DNA of 64,000 nucleotides from Puccinia triticina (lineage: Eukaryota). Below are positions 12,221-24,879 of this stretch, piece by piece. The DNA lies in NCBI GenBank assembly GCA_026914245.1, contig CP110440.1, positions 1,488,001 to 1,552,000 on the forward strand. Reading direction: 5' to 3'. The notes beneath the pieces were generated by a model that was not told the origin of the DNA, did not search any database, and was given only the letters and a program-made list of their open reading frames with translations. The position numbers and the translations under genes are program-made. Every line of letters starts with the position of its first letter. Within the stretch, counting starts at the first letter, position 1.

Positions 12221-15200
12221 CAGGCCGTTCATTTTGGCTTCCAGTAGCGCACATCAGATGTGTTGACCAGGATGGCCAGAAGATCTGAGATGTAGCTAAT
12301 GCCTTGCTGGTCAAAAATGTGTACAGCAGCGGCGTGGCGGAGGTGTTGTTGTCGAGGATACATGCGGGGGGATCCAAGGGGAAGGCTTGAGGCAAGCTTG
12401 GCACTGCTGGCTGATGGTGTATAAAAGGGGGGGGGTGCTCTTGTGTTCTGATAATCCCCCAGGCGTCCTCTGCCGCTGTACTTCCAGCGTGCGGTTTGTC
12501 CTCACCCCCTCCGCTGTTGCACTTGCGCAGTTTGAGGGGTTAAACTCGTTGGCCCCCCTTTGCATAATGCCTTAAATGCGGCGCGCTGGGGGTCATCCTC
12601 TCACTGTTTTTTAACCCTGCTAGAAAGGGATGGACAGTGGGCCACGGTGCATCAGCTTGCTGATGTTAGGTGGCTGGTTGCAGGTTGGTGTAAAATTGTG
12701 TTTTTTGTTGATTTTGGCATTTGTAGAGGGAAAACCCTTCATGTCTTTTTCTGGAAGTTGTAGAGGGGAAACCCTTCATTTTTTTTTGTAATTTTTGGAG
12801 ATTTGTAGGGGAAACCTTTGAAGTTTTGTTTTGTGATTCAGAGGCTTTAATAAACTCGGATGAGTAGTTACAACTCATTATCTTCAAATCCTTGTTCTCA
12901 TCTTAATGATCAACAAATTTTCCCCTTTTCTCCTCTTAATGAATCTTCTTCCAACAATAGATTGGACTCGTTGGGGTTTAGTATTCTCCAACTCAATTGT
13001 CATAATTCTTTTGACATTACTTCCAATGCGCTTAACTCTGATGATCAACTCTTGATACTGGTTCTCCAAGAGCCCTGGATCAATCCTCATACATTCAAAC
13101 TACCACATTATGAAAATTGGAATTGTGTGCTTGATTCCAATCATTCACTGTCAGAGCACAGCAATAAACATCGCGTTTTTTTCTTCTTTAAAAAATCTTT
13201 TACCTCTGACAAGATTCATCCAATTCGGGATGGTTCTCGTATTCTTTCGGCAGTTGATCTGGATATTGTTCATGAAAGAGTTCAAAAAATTCGTCTTATC
13301 AATCTGTATAATCCCCCAAAAACTTTTGAAGGCATTCAACAACTTACTGATTGGCTTGGTACACACAATGACCGCCAAGTTCCCACTTTTCTTTTTATGG
13401 ACTTGAATTTACATCATCGTCTCTGGAACCCATCTAATTATCATCATTCCCATCGTCAGTCTAAGGACTTAATCAAAACCTGTGGCCGCAATGGTTTTAA
13501 AATCATTTCGGAAAAAGGATCACCGACTTTTATCAACAGAAGGACAAGTCCGACTGTTATTGACCTTACTTGGGGTAATTTTCGAGCGATGAAATTTGTC
13601 CACTCTTGTTGTACCTCTTCTTCTAATTATGGTTTGGATCATCAAGCCATTGTTCTTCATCTTAATTTTAACCCACATGTTATCCCAACTACACGTTTTT
13701 TGGTGGATATTAAAAATCTAGATGTCAAGAAGTTTTGTGATGTGTTGTCTAGAAGTGTTGCTCGGATTAATAACCTTCCTCTTTCTAATAACGCTGACGT
13801 TGATGAATTTACTAAAGAACTAACCATTGCATTTCAAAACTCGGTTGATTGTCAAAAAAAATTAGTCAACAACAACAACGACAAGGTTAAACCCTGGTGG
13901 GACAAGAAAATCCTCTCGCCAATTGTCCAAAACAGAAATCAAGCTCGGAAATGGATGTTAGTTGCGCACTCGGTTCAAGCTTGCAACTGTTATCACTACT
14001 GGCAAAAAATTTTCAAGGACAAAGTATTCGAACTCAAGCGTAATCACTGGAGAAAATTTTTGGCTGAAAGTAAAGATCACCAAATTTTTAAAGCTTATAA
14101 ATTCACTAAACCCTGTAGCAATGGAAGTGTTGCACCACTACTCAACGAAAACGATGAACTCACCTCAAATAAAGAAGAGCAAGCTTGACTCCTTTTTAAA
14201 GGGACTTCGGAAGTACCCATTGATTGCGATCTGAATGATATTCCGCCCTTTTCGTTTCCAAATTCATTTGTTTTTCCGACTATATCCCATCTTGAAGTGG
14301 ATAATATTCTCTCTAAATTACCAAAAAAAAAGCTAGAGGTCATGATGATATAGCTAACGAAGTTCTTTTTTGGAGTAAAGATCTTATCAACCCTGTACTC
14401 ACTAAACTCTTCTCGGCGTGTCTTCAATTAGGATATTTTCCTAAATATTGGAGACACACTGTTACGGTTATTATTCAAAAAGCCAATAAAGAGTCTTACG
14501 CTCTTCCGGGGTCCTATCGTCCAATAGCATTATTGTCATGCTTAGGAAAAGTATTCAAATCTCTTTTGACAAAAAGAATTACTTATTGGGCTGAAAACAA
14601 TGGTGTTTTAGCACATGGCCATTTTGGTGGTCGTGCAAATCGTTGTACTGATGATGCTAATATCTTTTTGTCATCCTGGATTTGTCAAAAATGGTGTGAG
14701 AATAAAGTGGTTTCAGCTCTTTTTCTCGATGTCAAGTCGGCTTACCCTTTGGTTATTAAAAACCAATTAATCAACACTCTAACCCAGCTTGATATTCCCC
14801 CATATCTATCAGCAATCGTTCACTCCTTGCTGTCAGAACGTACCACTTCTCTTTGCATGGATGACTATTTGTCCCCGTCTTTTCATTTGAGTTGCGGTCT
14901 TCCGCAAGGCTCCCCGCTGTTGCCCATTCTGTACATAATATATAATTCAAAACTACTAATAAATTCTTCTCTTAGTTTGAATCAAGATAAAATTTCTCTA
15001 GGATTTATCAATGATGTCACTCACTTCGTGGCCAATAAACGACTTGAAAGCGCCATCTCTTCGCTTGAAAGTGAAGGAAACCGGTCACTTGCGTGGGGAA
15101 AGAAGCACAACGCAATCTTTGATAAGAAAAAAGCGAATTTTATGATTTTTACTCATAAGTCGGTTGATGTGCGCCCACTTTGCCTGGGCGATGTCAGCAT

Positions 15201-16390
15201 GAACAAGTCGGATTCAGTTAAATACCTTGGTATCATCCTTGATCCTCGGCTATCTTTCACTCTTCATCTTCAAAAAGTCAAGAAGTGCGGCATCAATACG
15301 GCAAATCAACTTATCAGAATTTCTTGATGTTCGTACGGATTGGGCTTACAGCAATCCAAAAATTTGATTATTAGTGTTCTTCGTTCAAGAGTCCTATATG
15401 GCAGTTGTGTGTGGGCTTCTAAGAGAAATGAGTCGGCTGTTAAAAATGTTATTAGTAAAATCTATAATCAAGCTGTTAGAATTGTACTTGGTGTTTTTAA
15501 GACAACTCTGTGTAATTTTCTTCTAAGGGACTCACCACTGATACCTTTTTTTGATATATTAAAAAGAAAAAGCCATCTGTATATTTGTAAAAAATTAACA
15601 GCACCCAACAGTCACCCAATCAAACAGTTAATCAACAATGAACTTAATTCTTGACCATTGACTCACCAATCCTCCATCCATAACATTCTCGACAATCATC
15701 TTATTCCCAAATACAATTTTCAGTCCATCGAAACAATTCAACAGCACATTGTTCCTCCGTGGTCTAATTTCTATATCAAAGTTCAAAATTTTAATATTAA
15801 AAAAAATGTTGCTAAAGATATAGTTACTAACCAGATTTCGAATAAAAAAAATAAAAATGAATCTCTTCTTTTCACTGATGGTTCTAGTATTCCTGGAAAG
15901 GGTTCAGCTTTGGCGGCTTTACTCAATAATTTGGTATCGTTCGCCTGTTGAATCAATGACGCTAACAAAGCATCAGCATTTGAAGCAGAAGTTCAAGCGG
16001 TCAACATTGGTCTCAATATCATCAAAGACAAGTTTCTGAGAAACAAGTTACCTTTTTCGAATCAGATCAATATATTTTCCAATAATCAAGCCGTTCTTCA
16101 AGTCATTGCCAAACCGCCTCGACCATTTTCTAATCAACAGGTTTTTGTTCAGATCTTTGATAAAATGGAGGAATTGTTGCTATATGGGTTTTTGATTTCG
16201 CTGTTATGGTGTCCAGCTCATGCTGGAATTCCGGAAAATGAAGAAGTGGATCGACTTGCCAAAGAAGTGATTGGTGAAAACCGATTGTTCACTCTCGAAC
16301 GACAGACAAGATCACTATCTAATATTCAGCAATTGATAAGATCAAGATTCGCTTTTGAAAAGAAGAAATCACCAATTATACGTAATCAAA

Positions 16391-19300
16391 TCTGAGTTTA
16401 TTAAAGACAGACAATCACAAAAACAAAAATCAAGGGTTTCCCCTACAAAATAATAAAAAATAAAAATAAAAAACAGCCCAATACCCATCCTCTTCTAGAG
16501 AGGGTGCAAGTATTGGGCAGATGACCCCCAGCGCGCCGCATTTAAGGCAAGTTGCAAAGGGGGGTCATCACCTTTCACCCTCAAACTGTGCAAACGCAGC
16601 AGCGGAGGGGCTTGAGTCAACTCACTGGCTGGAAGTGCAGCACAGCGAGTCGACTGGTGATTCCACTTTGCCAGAGGCCGCTCTATTTATAGGCGCACCC
16701 TCCACCCTCACTTCTCTTTCCTGACCGTCACCCATCGCAAGAAAACACCAAGACTGCCACCGCAAGCCTCCCGACCGTTGCGAGATACTCGGCAAACTAG
16801 GACTCCTACCAACAAGCACCCTTAAATACACTTCACCCCAGCCACAATCTACCGCGGCTCTGGGAAGCCCGGGATCCGATGGTGCTGGGCTCACCATTGA
16901 GAACCATGCCAACAACCAGGTCTCCAGCTCAATGTGAAACACTTACCCCTGCTCTCATCCATCCAAACCCCTCAACAGACCATCCAGATGATCAGCTCCA
17001 CCGAATTCGCTGAGATCCACGACACGTACATGACCTTGGTCTCCCGGGTTGAAGAGTCCCTTGTCTTTCCCTGGCTCCACTTATACCCGGCACTCCTCAA
17101 GCCTCCTACTTCTGCAAGTGTCCATGCGCGGTACTTCCCGCGCTACAGAGGCCTTTACCATTGTCTTGGCCAACTCTGAGCCTGCCCCTTGCTCTACCAC
17201 CTGAACCACCACCAACACCACTACTACCGAGTCCTCCTCCCAGTCTCCCCAACCAAGTGGCCGCGCCTCTGATCCCTTCGAGGTCTTTGAACGCCAGTTC
17301 AGCCATGTTGTCGCCGTCGACGGCTGGGGCTATCGTCGCAACAAGATCGACTTCTTGGAGCGCGAGCGAGAAGAGATGGCGGCTTTAACGAGAGCCTCGG
17401 AGATTGCCCAGAACGTTTGGGTGCGTCCATCCTTTCTTCTTTCTTCCTTCCTAGATCAATTTCTGATAACATTGTCGCAACAGCTCGGCAATTCTGCAGA
17501 TGTCCCGCTTACCAAAGAGGATCTATCGTCCTCACGTCAGCGCGCTGCGTTCGATGAGCGCCCACCAATGGTGACCTCCCACTTCGCCATGACAGACGAG
17601 TATGGAAATGCGCCGTACAATGTGTGTGTGGAAGCGCACGACCAGGCCGTGATCACCTCGTCGCTCGAATTCCATCTCAACCAAAACTATCTCGACAGCA
17701 TCAAGCAACGCGCCAAGAACAGCAGCCTCTCTGCCGAGCTTGCCGAGATCATCCACATGGAAGTCCCGAGCACCGGCCAAAGCTGCTCAGGGGCCATGTC
17801 CCGCAATAAGCTTGTGCGCTACTTGGTTGACCTGTGCACATGGGTCAAGAAGATCGCGAAACCCGGCAAAGGCAGGGCTGGCCGAAAAGTGTTGATTCAC
17901 TGTCACGATGGATAGTACGTTCTATCCTCTCCTCTCCAGCGCATCATCCAAAAAAAGCTCATTTTTTTTAATCTTGTCTCTACTTTGAGTACAGAGACGT
18001 CCCTCTTTGCGCCGTCGTACATCATGTACGACCTGGGATACACCCTTCCCGACGCCTATCTGCATCTGCAGAACGACCAGAACCGCTCGTTCTTTGTCTA
18101 TCCCGCGGACGTCCAGCTGTTGCGCCGGGTGGAGAGCCGGATTGAGCAGGAGCTGCACGAGCAACGCAAGGCGCAGCAGATGCACCGGATGGCGGTCGAT
18201 GAGCCAAGCCGCAGCTCGTTCCTGCGCGGATGCGTCTCCTTCGGCGTCTCCTCCGTCCACAGCGCCAAGTCCGCCGCCACCCACCCCTCCCCTCCGCCCC
18301 GACGCCCTCCCCCCCGCGGACGACCCGGGCACACCATCCCTGGTTCTACGACCCCCGCTTCGACGGCCACTTCCCCTCGCGCATCCTGCCCTTCGTCTAT
18401 CTGGGCAACCTGAACCATGCATCGAATGCGTTGGGGATCACCCATGTGGTCTCGATGGGCGAGTCCGCGCTGGTCGCCCCACACCACCAGCACCAACAGA
18501 ACGGCCGCTTTGGGGCGCCGTTCGCAGCCGACGCCGCGTGTCGTGAACTCGCTGTGGCACGAATGGAAGAGCGGACCTATGGAGATGTTGGACATGAAGG
18601 GCGTGGCGGACGACGGGATGGACTCGATCCGGCCGCACATCGAGCGCGCCATGGCGTTCACCGAGGCCTGTCGCGTTGCCGGGGGAAAGGTGCTCGTGCA
18701 TTGCCTTGTCGGCGTCAGTCGCAGCGCCTCCATTGTCATCGCACACGTCATGAAACATTGCCAGCTCGACCTCACGTCCGCGTACCTCATGGTCCGCTCC
18801 CGCAGACTCAACATCCTCATTCAGCCAAACCACCTCTTCATGTGGAGCATCAAACGGCTCGAAACGACTTGGTCGCCTCTGCCGCTGCCAATGCTTGTAC
18901 CTACAGGCCCATTAATTCCAGATTAGTCATGAAAGCTGTACAATCATTTTATGCAATTTAACAACATACATGTCAGCTTGCACTTAACTTCTTGAGGACA
19001 GCATCCATCAAGGCTCAAGACCAAGCACAAAAGTATCATCTCCAAACATAGTTTGGTATCCAAACTGGCTATGTTTGCATATAAATTTGAGCCAATAGCA
19101 TGTAAATTACAAACAAATTGTATGGAGGTAGGCTCTTTGGTGGTTAAATAACTTCTGTGTTGTTTAATTTGAAAGCACTTCCTCAAGAGCATGGTCCTTG
19201 GGATCAAGCATTAATTTTCAAGGAACCAGCTCAAATCCATGTGAAGTTGCAATAAACTTATTGTAGCACCTAAGGAAACTAAGCTACCAACACATAATTG

Positions 19301-19658
19301 AGCCCTCATATTCCCTCATGCCATGAATAGCTGGGTCACAAGCAATCCTAAATCAGAGAGTTGATGATAGTAGGAAGTTCAAGACCAATCTATAAAGAGG
19401 TGTAGAAAAAAATGTTGATTTTTATTGAACTTGATTCAGGTGGGTGGGTGGGTACTGGGTAGGGTGGTCCTCCCCAGGGAGGGAAACTCAGGGGAGGTGT
19501 CTCAAGGGAGATTAAGAGTGGGAAGTCTGAGAGATTTGGGGGCTGCATGGGCCAAGTATGTGGTGTGAACTTCACACCACATACTTGCAGGGAGATTAAG
19601 CACAAGACTATAGGACTGAACCTGAAATCTGCAGCGGCGAAGCCGCCTTGGCCTCTAG
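16391..19658 (+). mobile_element. non-autonomous Helitron H2
   Basis: 5' TC, hairpin GCGGC-GAA-GCCGC at 19634-19646, 3' CTAG; inserted at A|T without TSD; flanks rejoin as RNQ-I-QLTNIPMKIF, matching LINE B RNQISLTNSPIKIF. Confidence 0.95.
16960..18860 (+). pseudogene. captured, degenerate PPS1-like dual-specificity phosphatase gene
   Basis: VFPWLH, KVLIHCHDG-TETSL, DGHFPSRILPFVYLGNLNHASN and VLVHCLVGVSRSAS motifs; introns retained; frameshifts present. Confidence 0.85.
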
Positions 19659-20134
19659 TTCAATTAACCAACATACCAATGAAGATATTCGAATCGTTAA
19701 GTCGGCTTGAGAGAGGGCTGAGTTCGACAATTTATCAACTTCGATTGGGGCATTCTCCGTTAAACGATTTTCTTTTCCACATCGACAAACTTGATTCTCC
19801 GGATTGTGATTTTTGTCAGAAACCGGAAACCGTCAAACACTTCCTTATTGACTGTAAAAAATACCACAAACAAAGAAGAAAATTTAGATCAAATTTAATA
19901 TCAAATAAAATCAAAGTCAATCCGAATTCGCTGAAAAACTTACTCGATAATCCATTGACTTTCAATTGTCTTTCAAAATTTATCATCGATACAAGACGTT
20001 TTAGGAATATCAAATCCTATTTAGAAGAAGGATAAGAAGAGTTATTAGTTTCACCATTTTTAAATCTTATTATTATTGTTAAAGAGAGAAGAGATCATTA
20101 GCACTTACTTATTTTTGTTTGATTTAAGCATGTA

Positions 20135-23002
20135 CTAGAGTTCATCGCGGCTTTGCCGCTGCAATCTCAGGGCTCTCTCCTCACATTACACAAAATATCT
20201 TCCAGGTGCCACCACACCAAAATGACTGCAGTGAAGAAAAATTGAAATCTGCATTACAAATATTCAACAGTCCAATATTCTCAGGGTTAAGCGCCTGTGC
20301 AAATTTTCCAGTATAATCTTCTTTTTTCAAAAATACATAAACTACCACTTATCATATTGGAGACTCTTAAGGCCTTCATCAATGTTCACCCAGGACTGAT
20401 TTCAATGACACAGATAATTTCCCTTGCCCAATATTGAGGATTTGACTTTTGCTTTTAGCATTAATAGCTGGCAGCTAAGCTGTACTAACAGGTCTAAACC
20501 TTCAATCCCCAACAGTTCAATCACCTTTGCAAAATCTTCCCAAGCCACAATTTATCCTCTATGCTTGCTGCATCTCCAACTCAAATTTCAAAGGCAGTTG
20601 AATTTGTTATTTCTATCATTCCACAGCAAGTTCTTTTTGTGAATTACCTGTTGAATCTTAAAACTACCCAAATAATAATACCTTCAGAGGATTAATAGTA
20701 TACAAAAGAATGAAAGAGTAAAGAGATGAGGCAAAAGGCACGACACAGAGAGAGAGAGGAAGTGTAACATCATAGGAGACCAAAGAAGGAGAAAAGGGGC
20801 ATTATCAAAGGAATAGAAATCACTCTTGTCTTATTTTTAGTCATCATGAGCAAAAAGAAAAAAGAAACCAAGCAGGAAAACTGAAAGAAAGAAAAGAGAA
20901 TACAAGCCGTAGAAATTTTTTCTTTGACTTGGTCTACTTCTAGTGCCTTCTTGATATCCTTTCACAAATAAATAACTCAAGAAAATCAAGGGGAAAAAAC
21001 AACAAAGCTTGGATAACAAAATGATCTCTGCGCGCTGCTGCAACAATGATATATGTTTAGGTTTCAAAATGCTTCCTGGGGTCTCTTTTTGAGGATGTCC
21101 CCCTCTCCCAATACCTTGTTTTGTCTGCTTGGGATTGGATGGTTTTCAAGTCGGCTGGTCAAGACATGCAAGACCTTAATCAACTGGCCATCATTTTTTT
21201 ACTTGTCTTTGATTTCGAGTCCCTTGACTTGTTGCACAATAGTCCTGGGTTGCTGGTCCATGGAATTGCTAGATTGTTCTTCCTTTCCCCAAGATTGAGG
21301 TCCTGATGTATGCAGGGGTAGCAGTCGCATTGGCGGCGGCAGTCTTAGCAAGCGCAGCAAACAAACTGCCTTCCTTACGGAATGACGACAGAATGGGAGA
21401 CAATGGAGAAGTATCACTCTTAGAGGTGGGTGGGGCGGCGGCGGCGGGAGCGGGGGCAGTGGCGGAAGGTGGAGAATTGCCATTTGTAGCCGGCCTGGAA
21501 ATGCTCAATTTCAGTTGAGTTGCGCTCCGTCATTGGTGCTCTTCTCAAACTGCCGCCGGACGCGCTGTGACCATCTTACGATCCCACCGGCGTGACCCGG
21601 CTTGGAACATAATTGCTGCCCCTTGGAGGTGGGCCTCTGTCCTTCTGAACTCGCTCGTCTTATAGGGACTTGGATATTCCGGTCTCGTCGTGTGTCTTGC
21701 CGCTCCGGCTAACGGCTGCTGATAAAATTGGAGCAGGGGCCTAGCTTTGGAGGCGTCCTTGGTCTCTTGATGACCAATTCATTGAGACTCTAGATTAAAT
21801 TTCAAGATGTGACTCGCGCATTTTCTCTGAATGCTGAGTTGCCGACCACCAAGACAACATCTTCCTTGACCTGCAGGCATTCTGCCTTGCAATAAAATTA
21901 CATCTGAAACCGGTGAAGAACTTATACTCCTCGATAAACTGATCCACATTTGCGTTGTGGAGAAGCATCCACTGGGAGAATTCTGTCTGGAAAATCGTCA
22001 AAACTGCGCAGCGCTGATTTCATGATTGTTCGCCACTGCTCCTGCAATCTTCTCTCAAATGAAACACGGTGGACCCCCCGGTCTGGCCCAGCTCAGTATG
22101 CTCGCGTGCTTGGACCTTGGGGACCTCCCCTTGCAGTCCGGTCACCTACCATGCCAAGATAAAACAAATGGTCGTGAGGGCCTCATCAAGACGAAGGCAG
22201 ATGCAATGCCAGCATGGTACGGCGAACCCCAGCCAGAAAGCCAGGGAATATTGGACTGGTTACAAATACATACCAAGCTGTAAATATTTGGGCCTGGATA
22301 AGTCATTTGGGATGGGACTTAGGAGTACGCAATAAAGTTATGACGTTGACATCTGCCCTGAGTTTCCTGACTCGGTGGCAACTCCCTCAGTTGGGTGGGA
22401 AGGAAGGCGTGTTGGGGGGCGGATTTGCAAGGCAACGGGATCAAATGAAATCGCGTAGTGGTCGCCATGTGGCTAGGGTACCGTGGCTTCAATGTATTGC
22501 CACGGCGCTGCAAGTAATGGATGGATGATTCGTGGCCAGACAGAGCTGGGGCAAGGGTATAAATAGCTTCAATTGGTGGTCCATCATCCCCCCAGGGCAG
22601 TCGAGGATGCTGCACTTCCAGCTAACCTTTGCCCTCAACCCCTCCGCTGTTGCGCGTGCGCAGTCTGAGGGGGAAAGAGTAGGCCCCCCACGGGTCTGCA
22701 GCCTTTGCTGCGGGCCGGGGGCCTTCACGTCCAACCTTTTTGACCCGCGCGCTTGACGCGGGCTGGAGGTTGAGCCTGGGCGCACAGCACTGCTGATGTT
22801 GGAAGGCTAGGTTGACAATTTAGAGTGCTACAGTTTTTTTTTTTTGATTCATATTGATTGAGGAAAATTTGTGGATTTTGCATTGGTTTTTTGTACAATG
22901 GGGAAACCCTAGATTTTTTTCTTCCATTTTGTGTGTTTACAGGGGGAACCCTTGATTTTTTTTTTAGGGTTCTGGGAAATCTGTGTCTTTAATAAACTTG
23001 GA
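20135..23002 (-). mobile_element. non-autonomous Helitron H3
   Basis: Minus strand 5' TCCAAGTTTATTAAAG, hairpin GCGGC-AAA-GCCGC (20147-20159), CTAG end; flanks rejoin as CATGTA|TTCGGTGGGAGAG, versus LINE B CATGTACTCGGTGGGAGAG. Confidence 0.93.
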
Positions 23003-23325
23003 TTCGGTGGGAGAGGTTGGGCTGGATCCTAGCGGGGGTCGGTTTTGGCTAACTTTCTGCCCGCTTTAACCTCTAGGGTATGTGGCTTGAGCAACCACAT
23101 ATCACGTAACTGTCTGGGCCGCAGTCGTGACTAAAGTTAGTCGGATTTGGCTCTCGTGAAGTTTCAGACTCGTCAAAAGAGATGGACTTTCAATTTTATC
23201 ATTTTCTTTGGGCGCTTTTTTTCAGTTCTTTTTCTTCTTTTCCTTTTCCCTCATAAACCACTCGGATTATTCATCACAATCAACGTTAAAAATAACTAGT
23301 TTTATTCTCACATGTATTCTATTTA

Positions 23326-24846
23326 GGGGGTTACTAAACGTACCCGGTTTTTCCGCGTTTGTACCCGGTTTTTGCGTACCCCCTTTTCCGCGTGCGTGCC
23401 CGGTTTTTTTCTACTCATTTCTACGCAACGCAAATAGGCTTAAAATTCGTCTAAAATCCTGAAAAGAATTATGACACATTCAAAATTCCAAAAAAGCAAC
23501 TTTAAATGATTTAATTAATTTTTTGCATACCCCCTTTTCCCAAGTGTGTACTAAGGGAATATCTTTTTTTTTACATGTACCAGGGTTCCAAAAAATTGAG
23601 GGAACATTTAAACATGCATTAGAAGCTTCCTTTGAAATTTTTGAGAGAAAAAAATAGGTACGTGGCGGGTACGTGGTGTGCTTAGTAGAAAAATGACTGC
23701 TACATGTATAACTTTTTTCTTACACATTTAAAGAGTCTAAAAATTTCAGAAATGTTTCTATGATGTATATTCTGTGGGCCGTTAAATTTATAGCAATGGG
23801 GTAAACACCAAACATGAGATATAGGGGGGCCGGGCAGCCTTAATAGGAACAATCTGCCTAATTATTGAATATCTTTTTTGATAAATTTCCCAGAAGTCTA
23901 AGGAATGCAGGGGTTATAGAATGATGCATATTCTCTGCGCTCTGAAACTTTTGGCAACATTGGTACCTCAGAACATCAGACATAAGGGGTGCGCAGTAAG
24001 GCAATATGACTACCACACACCCCTTATATTTCATGTTCTGAGGTACCAATATTGCCAAGAGTTTCAGAGCACATAGAATATGCATCATTATGTAACCCCT
24101 TAAGTCTCTAGACTTCTGGGAAATTTATCAAAAAAATGTTCAATAATTAGGCAGATTGTTCCTATTAAGGCTGCCCGGCCCCCCTATATCTCATGTTTGG
24201 TGTTTACCCCATTGCTATAAATTTAATGGAGCACAGAATATACACCATAGAAACATTTTTGAAATTTTTAGACTCTTTAAATGTGTAACAAAAAAGTTAT
24301 ACATGTAGCAGTCATTTTTCTACTAAGCACACCACGTACCCGCCACGTACCTATTTTTTTCTCTCAAAAATTTCAAAGGAAGCTTCTAATGCATGTTTCA
24401 ATGTTCCCTCAATTTTTTGGAACCCCGGTACATGTAACAAAAAAGATATTCCCTTAGTACACACTGGGGAAAAGGGGGTATGCAAAAAATTAATTAAATC
24501 ATTTAAAGTTGCTTTTTTGGAATTTTGAATGTATCATAATTCTTTTCAGGATTTTAGATAAATTTTAAGCCTATTTGCGTCGCATAGAAATGAACAGAAA
24601 AAAACCGGGTACGTACGCGGAAAAGGGGGTACGCAAAAACCGGGTACAAACGCGGAAATACCCAGGTACGTTTAGTGGAAGACTTCCCGTAGGATCTACG
24701 CCCCCCGTACAGACTAAAATTTCACAGATCTAAACCTTACTTGCTGGTGAAAAGTGATTGAGATCAAGTTCTCACCAGCCAGTAAGGTTTAACCTGGCCT
24801 GACAGATCTGAATTTTTAGCCCACGGGAAGTCATCCAGTAACCCCC
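23326..24846. mobile_element. fold-back Mutator-like (MULE) non-autonomous element
   Basis: 9-bp TSD TTCTATTTA (23317-23325, 24847-24855); termini GGGGGTTACT...AGTAACCCCC; ~670-bp inverted arms meeting near 24000. Confidence 0.92.
24677..24836. mobile_element. 160-bp MITE nested in the MULE right TIR
   Basis: TIR GGA(A/T)GACTTCCCGT, 3-bp duplication AGT; removal restores the MULE TIR. Confidence 0.85.
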
Positions 24847-24879
24847 TTCTATTTAAACATCATCGCATGTATCTACATT

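Larger units (their letters stand above)
1..12860 (-). mobile_element. Helitron H1 (5' end at 12860; 3' end not found, probably left of window)
   Basis: Minus-strand terminus TCCGAGTTTATTAAAG matches the 5' ends of H2 and H3, with ~450 bp of shared subterminal sequence. Leftward extent is inferred. Confidence 0.6.

Noticed and set aside
12476..12600. Hammerhead ribozyme in the Helitron cassette
   Set aside because: No conserved CUGANGA...GAAA core in all three copies.
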